From Heterodontus francisci (taxonomy: Eukaryota): 64,000 nucleotides of DNA. The DNA lies in NCBI RefSeq assembly GCF_036365525.1, contig NC_090399.1, forward strand, positions 46,780,430 to 46,844,429, read 5' to 3'. Under the pieces are notes generated by a model, which saw only the letters and a list, made by a program, of their open reading frames with translations, did no database searches and was not told where the DNA came from. How positions within the stretch are numbered: the first letter of the stretch is position 1; each line of letters begins with the position of its first letter. The translations under genes were made by a program, and so were the position numbers. Shown here piece by piece: positions 23,301 through 36,732 of the stretch.

Positions 23301-24859
23301 GAATCCTCTAATACTTCATTCTTCTGTGGAACTGTAATAATATCCTTGATGAATAATTTCAATCCTTCTGCTTTTAGTGTCATAGAGTCATCGAATTATC
23401 CAGCACAGAAACAGGCCCTTCGAACCATCGTGTCTGAACCGGTCATCAAGCAACTATATGTTATCATCCCATTTTCCAACACATGGCCCGAAGCCTTGTA
23501 TGCTATGGCGTTTCAAATGCACAGATAAATACTTCTTAATTGATTTTTACCTCATCCGTCCTGATTACATTGTAGCCAGGACCTTTAAGTTCTGATTTTT
23601 TTTTTCTTTCCGGGGTTTTGAATTTCGTTGGCAAAGCCAGCAGTTGTTGCCCATCAACAATTGCCGTTAACCAGGTGGTGGTGAGGCAGCTTCTTGAATT
23701 CAACATAAAATAGCTTTGAAGTTAATTTATCAGGATAATAATTTTAACTGACTTCATGATATAAGAAAATATTCCGACCCCATCCCTAATAATTTAGATC
23801 CCAGTTTTGCTTGCATTAAACTGATTAATTTTACATGATGCATGTGCATGCTGTTGTTCATTTTTAAGAATCTTTATTTTACCTTTGATTCCAATTCTGC
23901 ATCCAAATATTCGGACCACATCATTACTATTCATGATTTTTAATGAAGCTTTCATTAAATGCATCCAGCAGTTCTGCATTTATTCAACATTTGTCTTTTA
24001 GAATATTAATTTGTTGTAATAGTTTGAAAAACCTCATTTACTTTCAAAGTACTAATGAGAAATCTGTGTCCTTGATATCTGCAGAGAAAGATCCAACGAG
24101 GTTAATGCACATTCATGGCCAAATATTGAACTTATGTCAGGCCCTGGTGTGCTTGCACTCCCAACATTGATCTGCTACACTTCTTCCAGCGCACCCACCA
24201 GGAAACACATTCGGCTCCCGAGTTCTTCAAGATTCCATGTTCTGCCTCTGTGGCGTTGCCAAATGTAAGGGATCCAATCTTGCAGTACTCCATTTCCATT
24301 GCAGCCGAAATGCAAGGCCCTCGTCCGTGCTAATTAACCTCAGAAACACTATTACAGCACTGCAAAATCGGGCCATCACTTGGTGATGTGATCCACAGCA
24401 CGCACACTGCAATACCGCTGCTATTTAATACTAGATCTTAAATCTGATTCAATTAAATCTGAATACCAAGCCCCAGCTTTACTAATTGTCTGAATTACCC
24501 CTTAATAGGGCAAAACTTATGGCCAGCCAATGCCCTACAGTTGACCTGCTGGATTCCCATACGAGCGCTGTCAAATTATAGATCAGAAGCAATGTTACCA
24601 AAATCTATCTCACGCCGCAATTCCTCCTCAACTCACAATTATGATCCCCGCACCACTTACTCCCTCAGTAGCAGAAGCAGTCCTTTCAGATTTGATTTCT
24701 CCTTTTACCAAATGTATTGTATGCTGGAGGCCCTAAATAAGGTGGGGATTATTTGGGATCGTGGACAAATGCATTTCTCGTAAAAGGTAACAACACTGAA
24801 TTGACTTGCACCGAGGTTGGACAGAATCAGTGAAAAACTTGACTGGGTTTATTTTTAGA

Positions 24860-25172
24860 GAACAAACAACAAAGAACAAAGAACAGTACAGCACAGGAAC
24901 AGGCCATTCGGCCCTCCAAGCCTGTGCCGATCTTGATGCCTGCCTAAACTAAAACGTTCTGTACTTCTGGGGACTGCATCCCTCTATTCCCATCCTATTC
25001 ATGTATCTGTCAAGATGTCTCTTAAACGTCGCTATCGTACCTGCTGGCATCACCCCCCCCCCCACCCCCCACCCCCCCACCGCAGCAAGTTCCAGGCACT
25101 CACCACCATCTGTGTAAAGAACTTGCCTCGCACATCCCCTCTAAACTTTGCCCCTCTCAACTTAAACCTATG
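24860..25172 (-). mobile_element. CR1 3' fragment with (aaagaac)n tail
   Basis: Shared with 53330-53616; absent at the paralogous site ~1216. Confidence 0.85.
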
Positions 25173-25782
25173 GTAGAATACAAATGGATAGAACTTATAC
25201 TCTGCTTATACAAAGCCCTGGTTAAACCATAGCTGGAGGCACCTCTGGAATTCTGAGCAGCACGCCGCGGAAGGATATATTGGCCTTGGAAGAGGTGCCG
25301 CACAGATTTACTACATTGGTACCTGGATTTCAAAGTTTAAGTTACGATGTGAGATTACGTAAACTAGGGTTGTATTTCTTCGAACATTTCAAACTGTTAA
25401 TGGAAACTGATTTGGTGGGTAGAAATAAACTATTTCTGCTGCTTTGGAAGTCCACGACTCAGAAACACACTCTAAAATAGAGCAAAGCCTTTTAGGAGAG
25501 ATAGTGGAACGTACTTGTACAAGCCAGCTTAGTAGAAGTTTGGAACTCATGTCCGAAAATGACAATTGATCCCAGATCAATTATTAATTAATTTCAAAAC
25601 TGAGGGTGATTGATTTTTGCAACAAAGTGTATTAATGTACAGCGGGCGAAGACGGATAAATGGAGTCAGGTCACAGATCAGCCATTGTCTCAATGAATAG
25701 TAGAACAGACCTGAGGGGCTAAATGGCTCACTCTTTTTCCATGCTTCTTCCGTTGCTATATTCCAATAAATAACCGTAGAAG

Positions 25783-26205
25783 AAAGATTGAGGGAGCTAG
25801 GGCTTTTTTCATTGGAGTGAAGAAGGATGAGAGGTGACTTGATAGAGGGGTACAAGATGATGAGAGGCATAGATAGAGTTGATAGCCAGAGACTTTTTCC
25901 CAGGGTGGAAAGGGCTATCACCAAGGGGCATAATTTGAAGGTGATTGGAGGAAGGTTTCGGGGAGATGTCAGAGGTAGGTTCTTTACACAGAGAGTGGTG
26001 GGTGCGTGGAATGCGCTGCCAGCGGTGGTAGTAGAAGCAGATACATTAGGGGCATTAAGCGACTCTTGGATAGGTACATGGATGATAGTAGAATGAAGGG
26101 TAGGTAGTTAGTTTGATCTTAGAGTAGGTTAAAGTTTCGGCATAACATCGTGGGCTGAAGGGCCTGTACTGTGCTGCACTGTTCTGTGTTCTATGTTCTA
26201 TGTTC
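25783..26205 (+). mobile_element. CR1 3' fragment unique to the copy 2 downstream region
   Basis: [23 protein letters not shown]; (ctatgtt)n tail; gaag on both flanks; empty sites tagaaggcc at ~1816 and ~54197. Confidence 0.88.
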
Positions 26206-26732
26206 GAAGGCCAAATTAAATGTAATTAAAAATATTTTACCGTCAACTTAAATCAGTAGTCCAGGCATTATTGGCTTACGATTTGCTAAAAATATTCCAT
26301 CTTGGACTCCAAGAAGGACGGTCATTTTTTTTCACTTTGAGTGCTCCCGACTTCCCTTCCCCATCTATTCATTCGAATAGACAAGCGAAAACAAAAACAG
26401 GGTGGCAAGAAATAGGAATCTATGTACCAAATTGTTCCGAGGTCGAGTAATTCGACAAGAGATTTATGTGTGTACATGTGACTGTAATTGCCCTTCTGTG
26501 AGAGATGGAGGTTAGTAAGTTGCGTTTATTTTAATTCTGTCTGTAGTGTGCAATAGATGATTTTGAAAGAGCCACACGACATGCGCATCGTGTGATGTTC
26601 TACTCCATTTAAGTCACTGGAATGTAAAATTTGGTTGGGAACGAAATGAATTTTAATGCGACACTGGCTCCTTTACACTAATTCCCAACAACTAAATTCT
26701 CATTTTTGTTTAATTTTCCGAAGCCTTTTAAC

Positions 26733-27637
26733 TTATTTCGATGAGCATGTTATTACAGTCAGGGGATGTTTAATCATATTCTTCAATTCATTTCTGAATT
26801 TACTCTGGGAAACTGCATAAATAAACGTGTTTGTGCAGCAACTCAAAGTCTGAAGGATATATCCAGATTGTTCAGCAATGGCAAATGGAGCGTTATAATT
26901 TGCTTCTAAAAATTGAACATCTGTAAATTGTACATATACATTACATATGAGTGCTAACATCCATAAAAGTATAAAACTACCCGATATGGTGAGTAATAAA
27001 ATAACTGATTTTCTTCGGTTCTCCATCTCTGGATCATTGTGATTCTCACCAGTTTTGTGTCCTCGGAGTTTCTTCCTCACTCTGTTGGCCAGTAAAATGT
27101 ACCTGATCGTCAGCACATTGAACAGTAAAATCAGAAGAAATGGAACAAATGGGGTTATAATAGTTTCCAACCACAAAAATGCTACCCATGTGGGTAACAT
27201 ATAGAAGCTTGATTTCACATAGCAGGACCATGGTATACTGTCAATTATTTCCCTAGGTTCATATACAAAGTAGATTGGAACACTTTCTAAAACGCTCAAA
27301 GTACACACCACGACTATCGCCACAGTTGCGGTTTTCGCAGTGCAGTAGTTTCTTCGTAGCTTCTGACAACAAATGGCCACAAATCGATCATAGGTGAATG
27401 CGACAGTTAGCCAGACAGAACAATCAGTGGACGCAAAAAGCAGAGCAAGGTTAAGACAGCAAATGGGAGTGTAGTTTAGGAATGAGTATGGAAAATAAGC
27501 ATCTTTAATCTGATAGAGTACTACATCAAATATCAGAATCATTAGATCTGCCACTGCCATGGCTAACAGGTATCGGCTGATGCATTTGGAGAGCTCGCAA
27601 CGTCCGTGGGCGAGAATCACAATTGTCATTAGATTAG
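26733..27637 (-). CDS. GPR139/GPR142-like GPCR copy 2, coding exon 2
   Basis: 298-aa ORF plus 8 nt to the cag acceptor; 12 aa differences from copy 1 in this exon; no stops or frameshifts. Confidence 0.93.
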
Positions 27638-27747
27638 CTGCAAAAAGGGAAAAATCAAATTAATCACTCTCCTTATATGAAAAGACTGAACAGTCGGCAA
27701 TACTTTCTTGTGAACATTAGTGCACTCATTATATTTGAGCTCAAGTG

Positions 27748-30700
27748 AGACTGACTGAGACCAGCGGTGTTTAAAGAGAGCCACAATAGCGGGAAAGGAG
27801 AATGAGTGAGACCCGCGGTGTTTAAAAAGAGCAGCAGCAGCGGGAAGGAAGGAGAATGAGTGAGACCAGGTGTTTAAAAAGAGTTCTTTAAAAATGCAAA
27901 CAGTGACGTCAGATGAGAGCTGCAAGGTGATTGGTTGGTGAGTTGCAGCTGTTAGAATACCTTAGAAAATAAGAGGAAAGTTGTTTGTTTTGGGAAAAAA
28001 AATATCTGGTGATAAAGTGAGTACTACTAAAGTGTTTTTCTTTTTTAAGGACGTTGGCTTGAAGTGGGTAGACCAAGGCCCCTAGTATAATTAGTATTTT
28101 TTAATTAAGGGAGTAAATAATTAACCTGAGGGTAAGTCATGGCAGGAGAGCACAGCCCTGAGATCTGCTCCTCCTGTGCTATGTGGGAAATCGGGGAAGC
28201 TTCCAGTGTCCCTGGTGACCATGTCTGCAGAAAGTGTATCCATCTGCAGCTACTGGGTACCCGCATTATGGAGGTGGAGCTGCGGGTGGATTCACTGTGG
28301 AGCATCCGCGTTTAGCGAGGTGGTCACACTGCAGGTAATGGCTGCACAGGCAGAAAAGAGATGGGTGACCACCAGATGGAGTAGTAGGCACAGGCAGATA
28401 GTGTAGAAGTCCCCTGTGGCCACCCCCTCTCAAGCAGATATACGACATCGGATACTGTTGGGGGGATGACCTCCCAGGAGAAAGCAGCAGGAGCCAAGTT
28501 CATGGCACCACGGAGGGCTCTGCTGCACAGCAGGTGAGGAAAAGGGGTGGAAGAGCTATAGTGATAGGGGATTCTAACATAAGGGGTGCTGGTAGGCCTT
28601 TCTGTGGCCGCAAACGAGACTCCAGGATGGTATGTTGCCTCCCTGGTGCTAGGGTCAAGGATGTCTCGAAGTGGCTGCAAGACATTCTGAAAGAGGAGGG
28701 TGAGCATCCAGAGGTCGTGGTCCATATTGGTACTAACGACATAGGCAGGAAGAGAGATGAGGTCCCGCAAAGTGAATATAGGGAGTTCGGCAGAAGGTTA
28801 AAAAACAGGACCTCAAGGGTTGTAATCTCAGGATTACTCCCTGTGCCACGTGCTAGTGACGGTAGGAATAGTAGGATAAGGCAAATGGATACGTGGCTGA
28901 AAATCTGGTGTAGGCAGGAGGGCGTCAGCTACTTGGATCATTGGGATTTCTTCTGGTGCAGACGTGACCTGTACAATAAGGACGGGTTGCATCTGAACTG
29001 GAGGGGGACCAATATCGTTGCAGGAAGTTGGCTAGTACCACATGGAAGTGTTTAAACTAGTCTTGCAGGTGGGGTGGGACCGAAAGTAGAAGTCTCTCAG
29101 ATGATATAGATGAGGCAAATGTAGAGGTTAAAGCAAGCAAGTCCAATAGGCAGGCCGGGCAGGGGCAGGACTGGGAGCGTGGAAGTCTGGTAGGCTAAAC
29201 TGCATTTACTTTAATGCAGGAAGACTTACAGGTAAGGCAGATGAACTCAGAGCACGGATCAGTACTTGGGATTTTGATATTATAGCTGTTACGGAAACGT
29301 GGTTTAAGGATGTGCAGGACTGGCAGCTCAATGTTCTGGGGTACCGATGCTTCCGGCCTGACAGAGCAGGAGCTAAGAGAGGAGGGGGAGTTGCACTATT
29401 GATTTGGAAGGACATCACAGCAGAACTTGGAGAGGATATCCCTGGGGTAATGTCCAGCGAGGCTTTAAAGAAAGAACTTAGAAATAGGAAAGGGGTGATC
29501 TCTTTGATGGGATTATACTATAGGCCCCGCAGTAGTCAGAGGGAAGTGGAGGAGCATATATGTAGGGAAATCACAAATAGATGCAGAAATTATAGGGTTG
29601 TAATAGTAGGTGATTTTAACTTCTCTAATATTGACTGGGACTGTCTTAGTGCTAAGGGATCAGATGGGGAAGAATTTGTTAAGTGTGTCCAGGATGGTTT
29701 TCTGAAGCAGTATGTGGATGGCCCTACTAGAGAAGGGGCTACACTCGAACTCCTCTTTGGAAATGAGGATGGGCAGGTGGCTGATGTGTCAATGGGGGAG
29801 CTCTATGTGACCAGTGACCATAACTCTATTAGCTTCAAGATAGTTATGAAAAAGGATAGGACTGGTCTCAGGTTGAAGTCCTAAATTGGGGGAAGGCTAA
29901 TTTCGATGGTATCAGACAGGAAGTCTCAAAAGTTGAATGGGAGAGGCTGTTTACAGGTTAAGGGACGTCTGGCAAGTGGGATGTTTTAAAAGTGAGATAG
30001 GAAGTGTTCAGGGCCGGCATGTTCCTGTTAGATGGAAGGGCAAGGCTGGCAAGTTTTGGGAACCTTGGTTGACGAGGAATATTGAGGGTCTGGTCAGGAC
30101 AAAGAAGGAGGCATATGTCAGGTATAGGCAGCCGGGATCGAGCGAGGCCCTCGAGGAGTATAAGGGATGTAGGAATGCACTTAAAAAGGAAATTAGGAGG
30201 GCGAAAAGGGGCCATGAGATTTACCTGGTAGATAAGATAAAGGAGAATCCTAAGAGATTCTATTAGTATATTAAGAGTAAAAGGGTAGCTAGGGAGAGAG
30301 TATGTCCCCTGAATGATCAATGTGGCAATCTATGTGTGGAGCCACAGGAAATGGGACGAGGTCTTAAATGAATATTTCTAGCCCGTATTTACCGTGGAGA
30401 AGGTCATGGAAACTAATGAGTTCAAGGGACGGAACGCCGATATCCTGGAGCATATCAGCATTATGAAGGAGGAGAAGTTGGAGATTTTGAAGGGTATTAA
30501 GGTGGATAAATCCCCAGGGCCCGAGCAGGTGTATCCTAGGAAGCTATGGGAAGCAAGAGAGATTGCTGGGGCCCTGGCAGAGAATTTTGTATCATCATTA
30601 GTCATGAGTGAGGTCCGGAAGACTGGAGGATAGCTAATGTTATGCCTTTATTTAAGAAGGCCAGCAGGGATAAGCCATGGAACTACAGGCCGGTGAGCCT

Positions 30701-32059
30701 TACATCAGTGGTGAGAAAGTTATTGGAAGGATTTATATGCATCTGGAAAGGCATGGTCTGATTAGGGATAGTCAGCATGGCTTTGTGCGTGGGAAATCAT
30801 GTCTCACAAATTTGACTGAGTTTTTTGAGGAGATGGCCAAGAGGATTGACGAGGACAGGGCGATGGACGTTGTCTACATGGACTTTAGCAAGGCCTTTGA
30901 CAAGGTCCCGCATGGTAGGCTGGTCCAGAAGGTTCGAACAAATGGGATCTAGGGTGAGCTAGCAAATTGGATACAAAATTGGCTTGGTGACAGGAGGCAG
31001 AGGGTGGTAGTGGGGGGTAGTTTTTCAGATTGGAGGCCGGTGACCAGTGGTGTGCCGCAGGGATTGGTGCTGGGCCCTCTGTTGTTTGTCATATATATTA
31101 ATGACTTGGATGTGAATGTAAGGGGCATGATTTTTTTTGCAGATGACAACAAAATTGGTGGTATATTGGACAGTGAAGAAGGTTGTCTAATGTTACAACA
31201 GGATATAGATCAAGCGGAAAAGTGGACAAGGGAGTGGCAAATGGAATTTAACGTAGACAAGTGTGAAGTGATGCATTTTGGGAAGTTAAACCAGGGCAGG
31301 ACTACTACAGTGAATGGCAGGGCCCTGGGAGTGTTTATGATCAGAGAGGCCTTGGGGTGCAAGTACATAGTTCCCTGAAAGTCGCAACACAAGTTCAAAG
31401 AGTGGTGAAGAAGGCATATGGCATGCTTGCCTTCATCGGCCGAGGCACTGAGTACAAGAATTGGGACGTCATGTTACAGTAGTACAAAACATTGGTTAGG
31501 CCACATTTGGAGTACTGTGTGCAGTTCTGGTCGCCGCACAATAGGAAAGATGTGGTTAAGCTAGAGAGGGTGCAGAAAAGATTCACAAGGATATTGTCTG
31601 GTTTGGAGGGCTTGAGTTATAAAGAGAGATTAGAAAGGCTGGATCTGTTTTCCCTGGAGAGACGGAGGCAGGGATTGGACATGATAGAGGTATATAAAAT
31701 TTTGAGAGGCATAGATAGGGTAGATAACCAGACTCTCTTTCCCATGGTAGGGGTGACTAAAACTAGAGGGCATAGATTCAAGGTGAGAGGGAAGACGTTC
31801 AAAGAGGATCAAATGGGTACCTTTTTCACAAATAGAATAGTGGGTGTCTGGAATGAGCTGCCAGAGGAGGTGGTGGAGGCAGGGACAGTAGCGACATTTA
31901 AGAGGCATCTGGACAAGTACTTGAATGAGCAAGGCATAGAGGGATATGGAATTAATGCAGGCAGGTGGGATTAGTACAGATAGGCATTATGGTCGGCATG
32001 GATGTGGTGGGCCGAAGGGCCTGTTTCTAAGCTGTACGACTCTATGACTCTATGACTCT
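27748..32059 (+). mobile_element. Full-length degraded CR1 LINE in the GPCR copy 2 intron (same insertion, duplicated)
   Basis: Same site and structure; AAGTG target-site duplication at 27743-27747 and 32060-32064; empty site AAGTG at 55732-55736 in copy 3. Confidence 0.95.
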
Positions 32060-33380
32060 AAGTGCTTCATACGGATGAGAAACCATTGGAATTGGGTGAA
32101 ACGCTGGTTTCACTCGTCGCCCCATATTACAGTCCTTTGTCTTCTCGTCAGAAAAATTGGCAAGGTGTAAAACCAGAGATTCACCCGATCGTTTCAGTTT
32201 CCCAAAGGCAGCATGAGGTCAAATTTGCTCCAACCAGGTAGATTGTTTGGCTGGTGCAGAGAAAGGAAATTCACAACATTCCAACTTTTGCTTCTATTCA
32301 CATTAATTGGAATGGAAACAAAGTAGTTATTGCACAAGGATCAATCCAGAGACCACTGCTGTTCACATTTATATACACAACATGTGCCCTGAAACCAGAC
32401 ATATAATTTCAAAATGTGCGAATGACACAAAGTTGGGTTTTCAGTTTCTAAACATTATCTGAATAGTACAGTGGGCATACAGATACATAGCTCAACAAGG
32501 TGATCAGGCCATAAAAATAAACAAAGCACTGAGTTACATTTCTGCGGGGAAGGATTAGAAAATATGAGACGTTATGTTAAATTATATGGAAAGTTGGTTA
32601 GGTCCCATTTGGAGCACAGTGTACCTTTCTGTTTTTAATATACAAATGATACAAATGCACTGGAGAAGGAGCAACCATGTCTTATTCAAATGATATCAGA
32701 ACTGAGAAGTTATAACAATCAGAAACCACATCACAGGCTGCTTTCCTTTCTGGAGAAAAAAAACTAGTCTGATCTACGATCTGATAGAGGTCATAAAGAT
32801 TATGCAAGGTTTTGGTAGGGTAAACCGCTATCTCAAAGATGTTGTGGTCCACAGTTTCATTTCATCCTTTGTCTCATCCAATGCCTTAACACATACTTTT
32901 TATCTTCATTTCAGATGTTGAAGATCGCAATTTCCATCATACCATGGGTACCAAGTTCCCTTCAGATCTGTCTTTCCCTTCAGTACCTTCTGACCCCATC
33001 CGTTCTTCTAATATCACTGCTTGCTGTGTATTCACAATATGTGCGGACCTTCCCCTCTCTGACCTTGCACGGTCTGTCCTTAGGGAATGACACAGCTTTT
33101 TATCCTTAGCAACCCCCGCCCCCACACACACACCTCAATTAATTTTGAACTTAGCACAACGTTGAGCTCGTCTTCCATTGCCTTCATCTCTTCGCTCACT
33201 CCTTTGGCCAAGAGTCATCCCTCTGCACAGCAAGCAATTTTTCCCATCTGCAATCTTCTCCCTCCAACCGGACACCTGCATCTGGCCTCTTACCCTGACT
33301 TGATCTTTTTTTATTGAGAATTGCAAGCGTGAAATCTGCCATGTCAATTTCATTACTCTCTGTACTATCATTCTAACCTG

Positions 33381-33661
33381 TTTATTTAGATTTAGATTTA
33401 GAGATACAGCACTGAAACAGGCTCTTGTGCCCACCGAGTCTGTGCCGACCATTAACCACCCATTTATACTAATCCTACACTAATCCCATATTCCTACCAC
33501 ATCCTCAGCTGTCCCTACATTTCCCTAACACCTTCCTATACTAGGGGCAATTTATAATGGCCAATTTATCTATCAACCTGCAAGTCTTTTGGCTGTGGGA
33601 GGAAACCAGAGCACCCGGAGGAAACCCACGCAGACACAGGGAGAACTTGCAAACTCCACAG
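33381..33661 (-). mobile_element. HE1-like V-SINE inserted in the Penelope of unit 2 only
   Basis: Same family as 21272-21568; empty site ctaacctgt|ctccctctttac at ~9228. Confidence 0.87.
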
Positions 33662-35781
33662 TCCCTCTTTACTTGTTATACTCTATTCCCTCAGGCACAA
33701 CCCTAATATCATTATCAAACCTGCTGAAAGGATGGTGCTATTGTTGTCTGGCAAACTGACCTCTATCGAGGAGAGCTGAATAACAACTAGCCGACACTTC
33801 CTCCCACATTCCCCTGGGTCATGATCCCAGCACCGAAATTCAAGCCATTGTTTTGAGGACTGTCACTGACCTCAAATACTCTTGCGATCTTCCCTCCACA
33901 GCTTCTGACCTCATAGTTCTCCAATCCAAAACAGCCGTCTTTAACTTTCTTCCCAAGATCCACATACTGGACAGCCCAAGAAACCTTTTGTTTCAGCCTG
34001 TTCCCACCCCACTGAACAGATTTCTTTCTATATTGAATCTATTTTTCTCACCTTATCCAGTCTCTTGACACCCAGATGCGTGACTCTTCTGATGCTTTCC
34101 GTTACTTCCACGGTTTCCACTTTCCTGGCCCTTACCGACTTTTCTGCATGACCGTCCATTCTCTCTGCACCTACATTCCCCACCAGGAGTATCTGAGGGT
34201 TATTCAATTCTTTCTTGAATTGATGCTCAACTAGTTTCCAACAACCACCATATTCCTCCACCTGACTGAATCGGTTCTCAAATTGAGCAGCTGCACCTTT
34301 AAATTATCTCACTTACTCCAAATTAAAGGTTTGGCTATGTGTACCAGCATGGGTTCTGGCTATACCTGCAAAGTTGTGCAATATGTGGAATATTCCTTGT
34401 TCCAGTTTTACTCGGTCTCCCTCCCTTAACTCTTTTTCAAGTATACTATTGACTGAATCAGTGTCTTTTCCAGCTGTTCCCCTGAAATGGAAAACGTCAT
34501 TAACTATAGCTCCAATTTCCACCCGACTCTCACATTCAAATTGTCCATCTTCGACTCTTCCCTTCATTTCCTGAACTCCCCTGTCTCAATTTCTGGGGTA
34601 GGCTACCAGTAGGTACCCATTAGAAGCCCACTGCTTCCACAGATATCTCGACTATAGTTCCTCAATGTCTGCTTTCTGTAACAACTTCATTCAATTCTCC
34701 CAATTTCTCTGTCTCAGTCCCATTTGTTTTGAAGATGCCATATTCCAAACCAGCGCATTTAAAGTGTCCTCCTTCTTCCCAAACAGAGGTTTTCTCCCCA
34801 CCCCACCCTTGGTTGAAAGGGCCCTGGACCGTTTCCGACCAGTTTCTCATACTTCTGTTCTCACCCCTTCCCCTCCCTCCCAGAATCATGATAGGGTGCC
34901 CCTTGTCTCACGTTCCTCCCATCAATATACGTATTCAATGGATCATCCTCCTCCATTTTAGCCACCTAAGGTCTGATGCTCCCATCAAACGAAGCTTCCG
35001 CTCCTTTCCTTTTCAGCATTGCAAAGGAACCATTCTCTCAGCGAAACCCTTGTAGACTCCTTTATCACGTCAACACACATCCCCTTCCAACAGCACCTTT
35101 TCCTGCAAACCAAGGAGATGCAACACCTGTTTCTTAACCTCCTCTCTCCTCAATCGCCAAGGCCCCAAACACTCCTTCCAGGTGGAAGAGCGGGTTATGT
35201 GGACTTCTTTCTGTTTAGTATACTCTATTCACTGCTCGCAATGGGGTCTGATCGATATTAGGGAGACCAAACGAGGATTGGCTGATCGCTTTGCTGATAC
35301 CGCTGCTCCACCTGCAAGCATGATCCTGAGGTCCTGGTTGCCTGCCATTTTACTTCTGCATCTTGTTATCACGCTGACATCTCTGTCCTCGTCTTTCTGC
35401 AGTGTTCCAAGGAAGCTCAATGCAAGCTGGAGGAACAACACTTCATCTTTCCATTAGGCACTTTACAGCTTCTGTGGATGCAACACTGAGTTCAACAAGT
35501 TCAGACCGTAATCTCTGCCCCAATTTTTATTACTTTTATCTGCATGTTTTTGCCTTAATCTGGTTTTGCTCTTGTTTTTGTTGTTCATTGATTTGCAATT
35601 GACAGAGCCATATCATTTATTCATTTATTTATTTCTTCCATTACTCCTCCCTTTGCCTCTGCATCACCAACTCGTTTTGTCAGTTAATGTCTCCCATCCT
35701 TTGTCCTGACAGAGACCTTACTTTTTCTTCTTGCTCCACCCTCTCCATGTGATCTTCCTAAAAAAAAGCTATGACATTTCC

Positions 35782-35822
35782 GAGTTCTGATGAAAGAGGT
35801 TTTCAAACTGAAACCATAACTT
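35782..35822 (+). ncRNA. Degenerate minimal hammerhead ribozyme motif in the Penelope terminus (paralogs 11316-11356 and 59551-59589)
   Basis: gagtt-CTGATGA-(stem II region)-GAAA-c..-aactt layout; stem II and the cleavage triplet are mutated. Confidence 0.45.
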
Positions 35823-36537
35823 GCTTTCTCGCCAGAGGGGCTGCCAGATCTGTTGAGTATTTGCAGAATTTTCTGTTTTTATTCCATATTCCATATTTCT
35901 GACAGCTGCAGTATTTTGGTTTAGTAAATCTATAAAAAGGTGTAGGTGAGAGCAGATCTACGTTCCATAACTGTCACGCGATCTCTGATGAATCTCAAAG
36001 GGAATTCAGGGCAAACGTTGTTCACCAGAATATTGTTCGAATGTGAAATGATCTACATCTATGCTGCAAGTACTTTGTCCTAATTTGTAAACCACTGGTA
36101 TCACTCAACAGGTCAGGCAGCGTCTGTGCAGAAGCATAATTATCGTTTCCCATCCCTGATCTTGTATCAGAACTGATAAGTAAGATGAAAGGTTAAATGC
36201 TTCTCCCTGCTTTCCGAACTACTAAGTGATTACAGTATTTGTTATATTTGTTCAGATTTTCGGTATTCCCTCCATTTTTCTTCTTAAAATGATAGGACTC
36301 TGTACAAAGGAAAGCGAATTAAGTTATTTAATTTAAAGCTTCAGAACTATGTTGCCAGTTAAATTATTCCCTTAAAATCCTGATGTATTCTTTCTATTAT
36401 TTGATTGATGCTGTTAATTATTGCCTGTATATCAACAATAACAAAACAAAGAGGATTTATTATTCACCAGAAAGCAGTAGCAGTGACACTGTTAAAGACA
36501 ATTAATGATGAATATTAACCATTGATTAGCAGCTTAC

Positions 36538-36607
36538 CTGGAATTCCAACTATCGCAAGAATAGGGTAGTAAATATTTTCTATCTGTATGATTTCCGGCT
36601 GTCCCAT
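36538..36607 (-). CDS. GPCR copy 2, coding exon 1 (MGQPEIIQIENIYYPILAIVGIP + 1 nt)
   Basis: ATG at 36607, 70 nt, G|gtaag donor. Confidence 0.9.
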
Positions 36608-36675
36608 GTTTGGAGAGAAGTGGTTTCGTCTGTTCGCATTGTGGGCATGTAGATCTGCTTTCAAAATAAGGTCTC

Positions 36676-36732
36676 ATTTATACCCGAGAGAAACCTCAAG
36701 TGACAAAAAGAACATTACGCAATAATTTGCAT
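36676..36732 (-). promoter_or_regulatory. Putative GPCR copy 2 core promoter
   Basis: TATAAAT 36676-36682; ATTACGCAAT 36714-36723; octamer 36725-36732. Confidence 0.6.

Larger units (their letters stand above)
54..23700. repeat. Tandem segmental duplication unit 1 (~23.6 kb)
   Basis: Collinear with 23701-52157 and 52158-64000 across genes, TEs and unique spacer; phase set by caacata at 54/23701/52158. Confidence 0.9.
32915..35925 (+). mobile_element. Degraded Penelope-like element in the copy 2 intron
   Basis: Collinear with 8750-11450; GIY-YIG remnant in ORF 35182-35457; contains a SINE insertion. Confidence 0.8.

Noticed and set aside
25051-25082. C-rich run (potential G-quadruplex on the minus strand)
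   Set aside because: Slippage expansion inside a CR1 fragment; absent in the paralog at ~53510.
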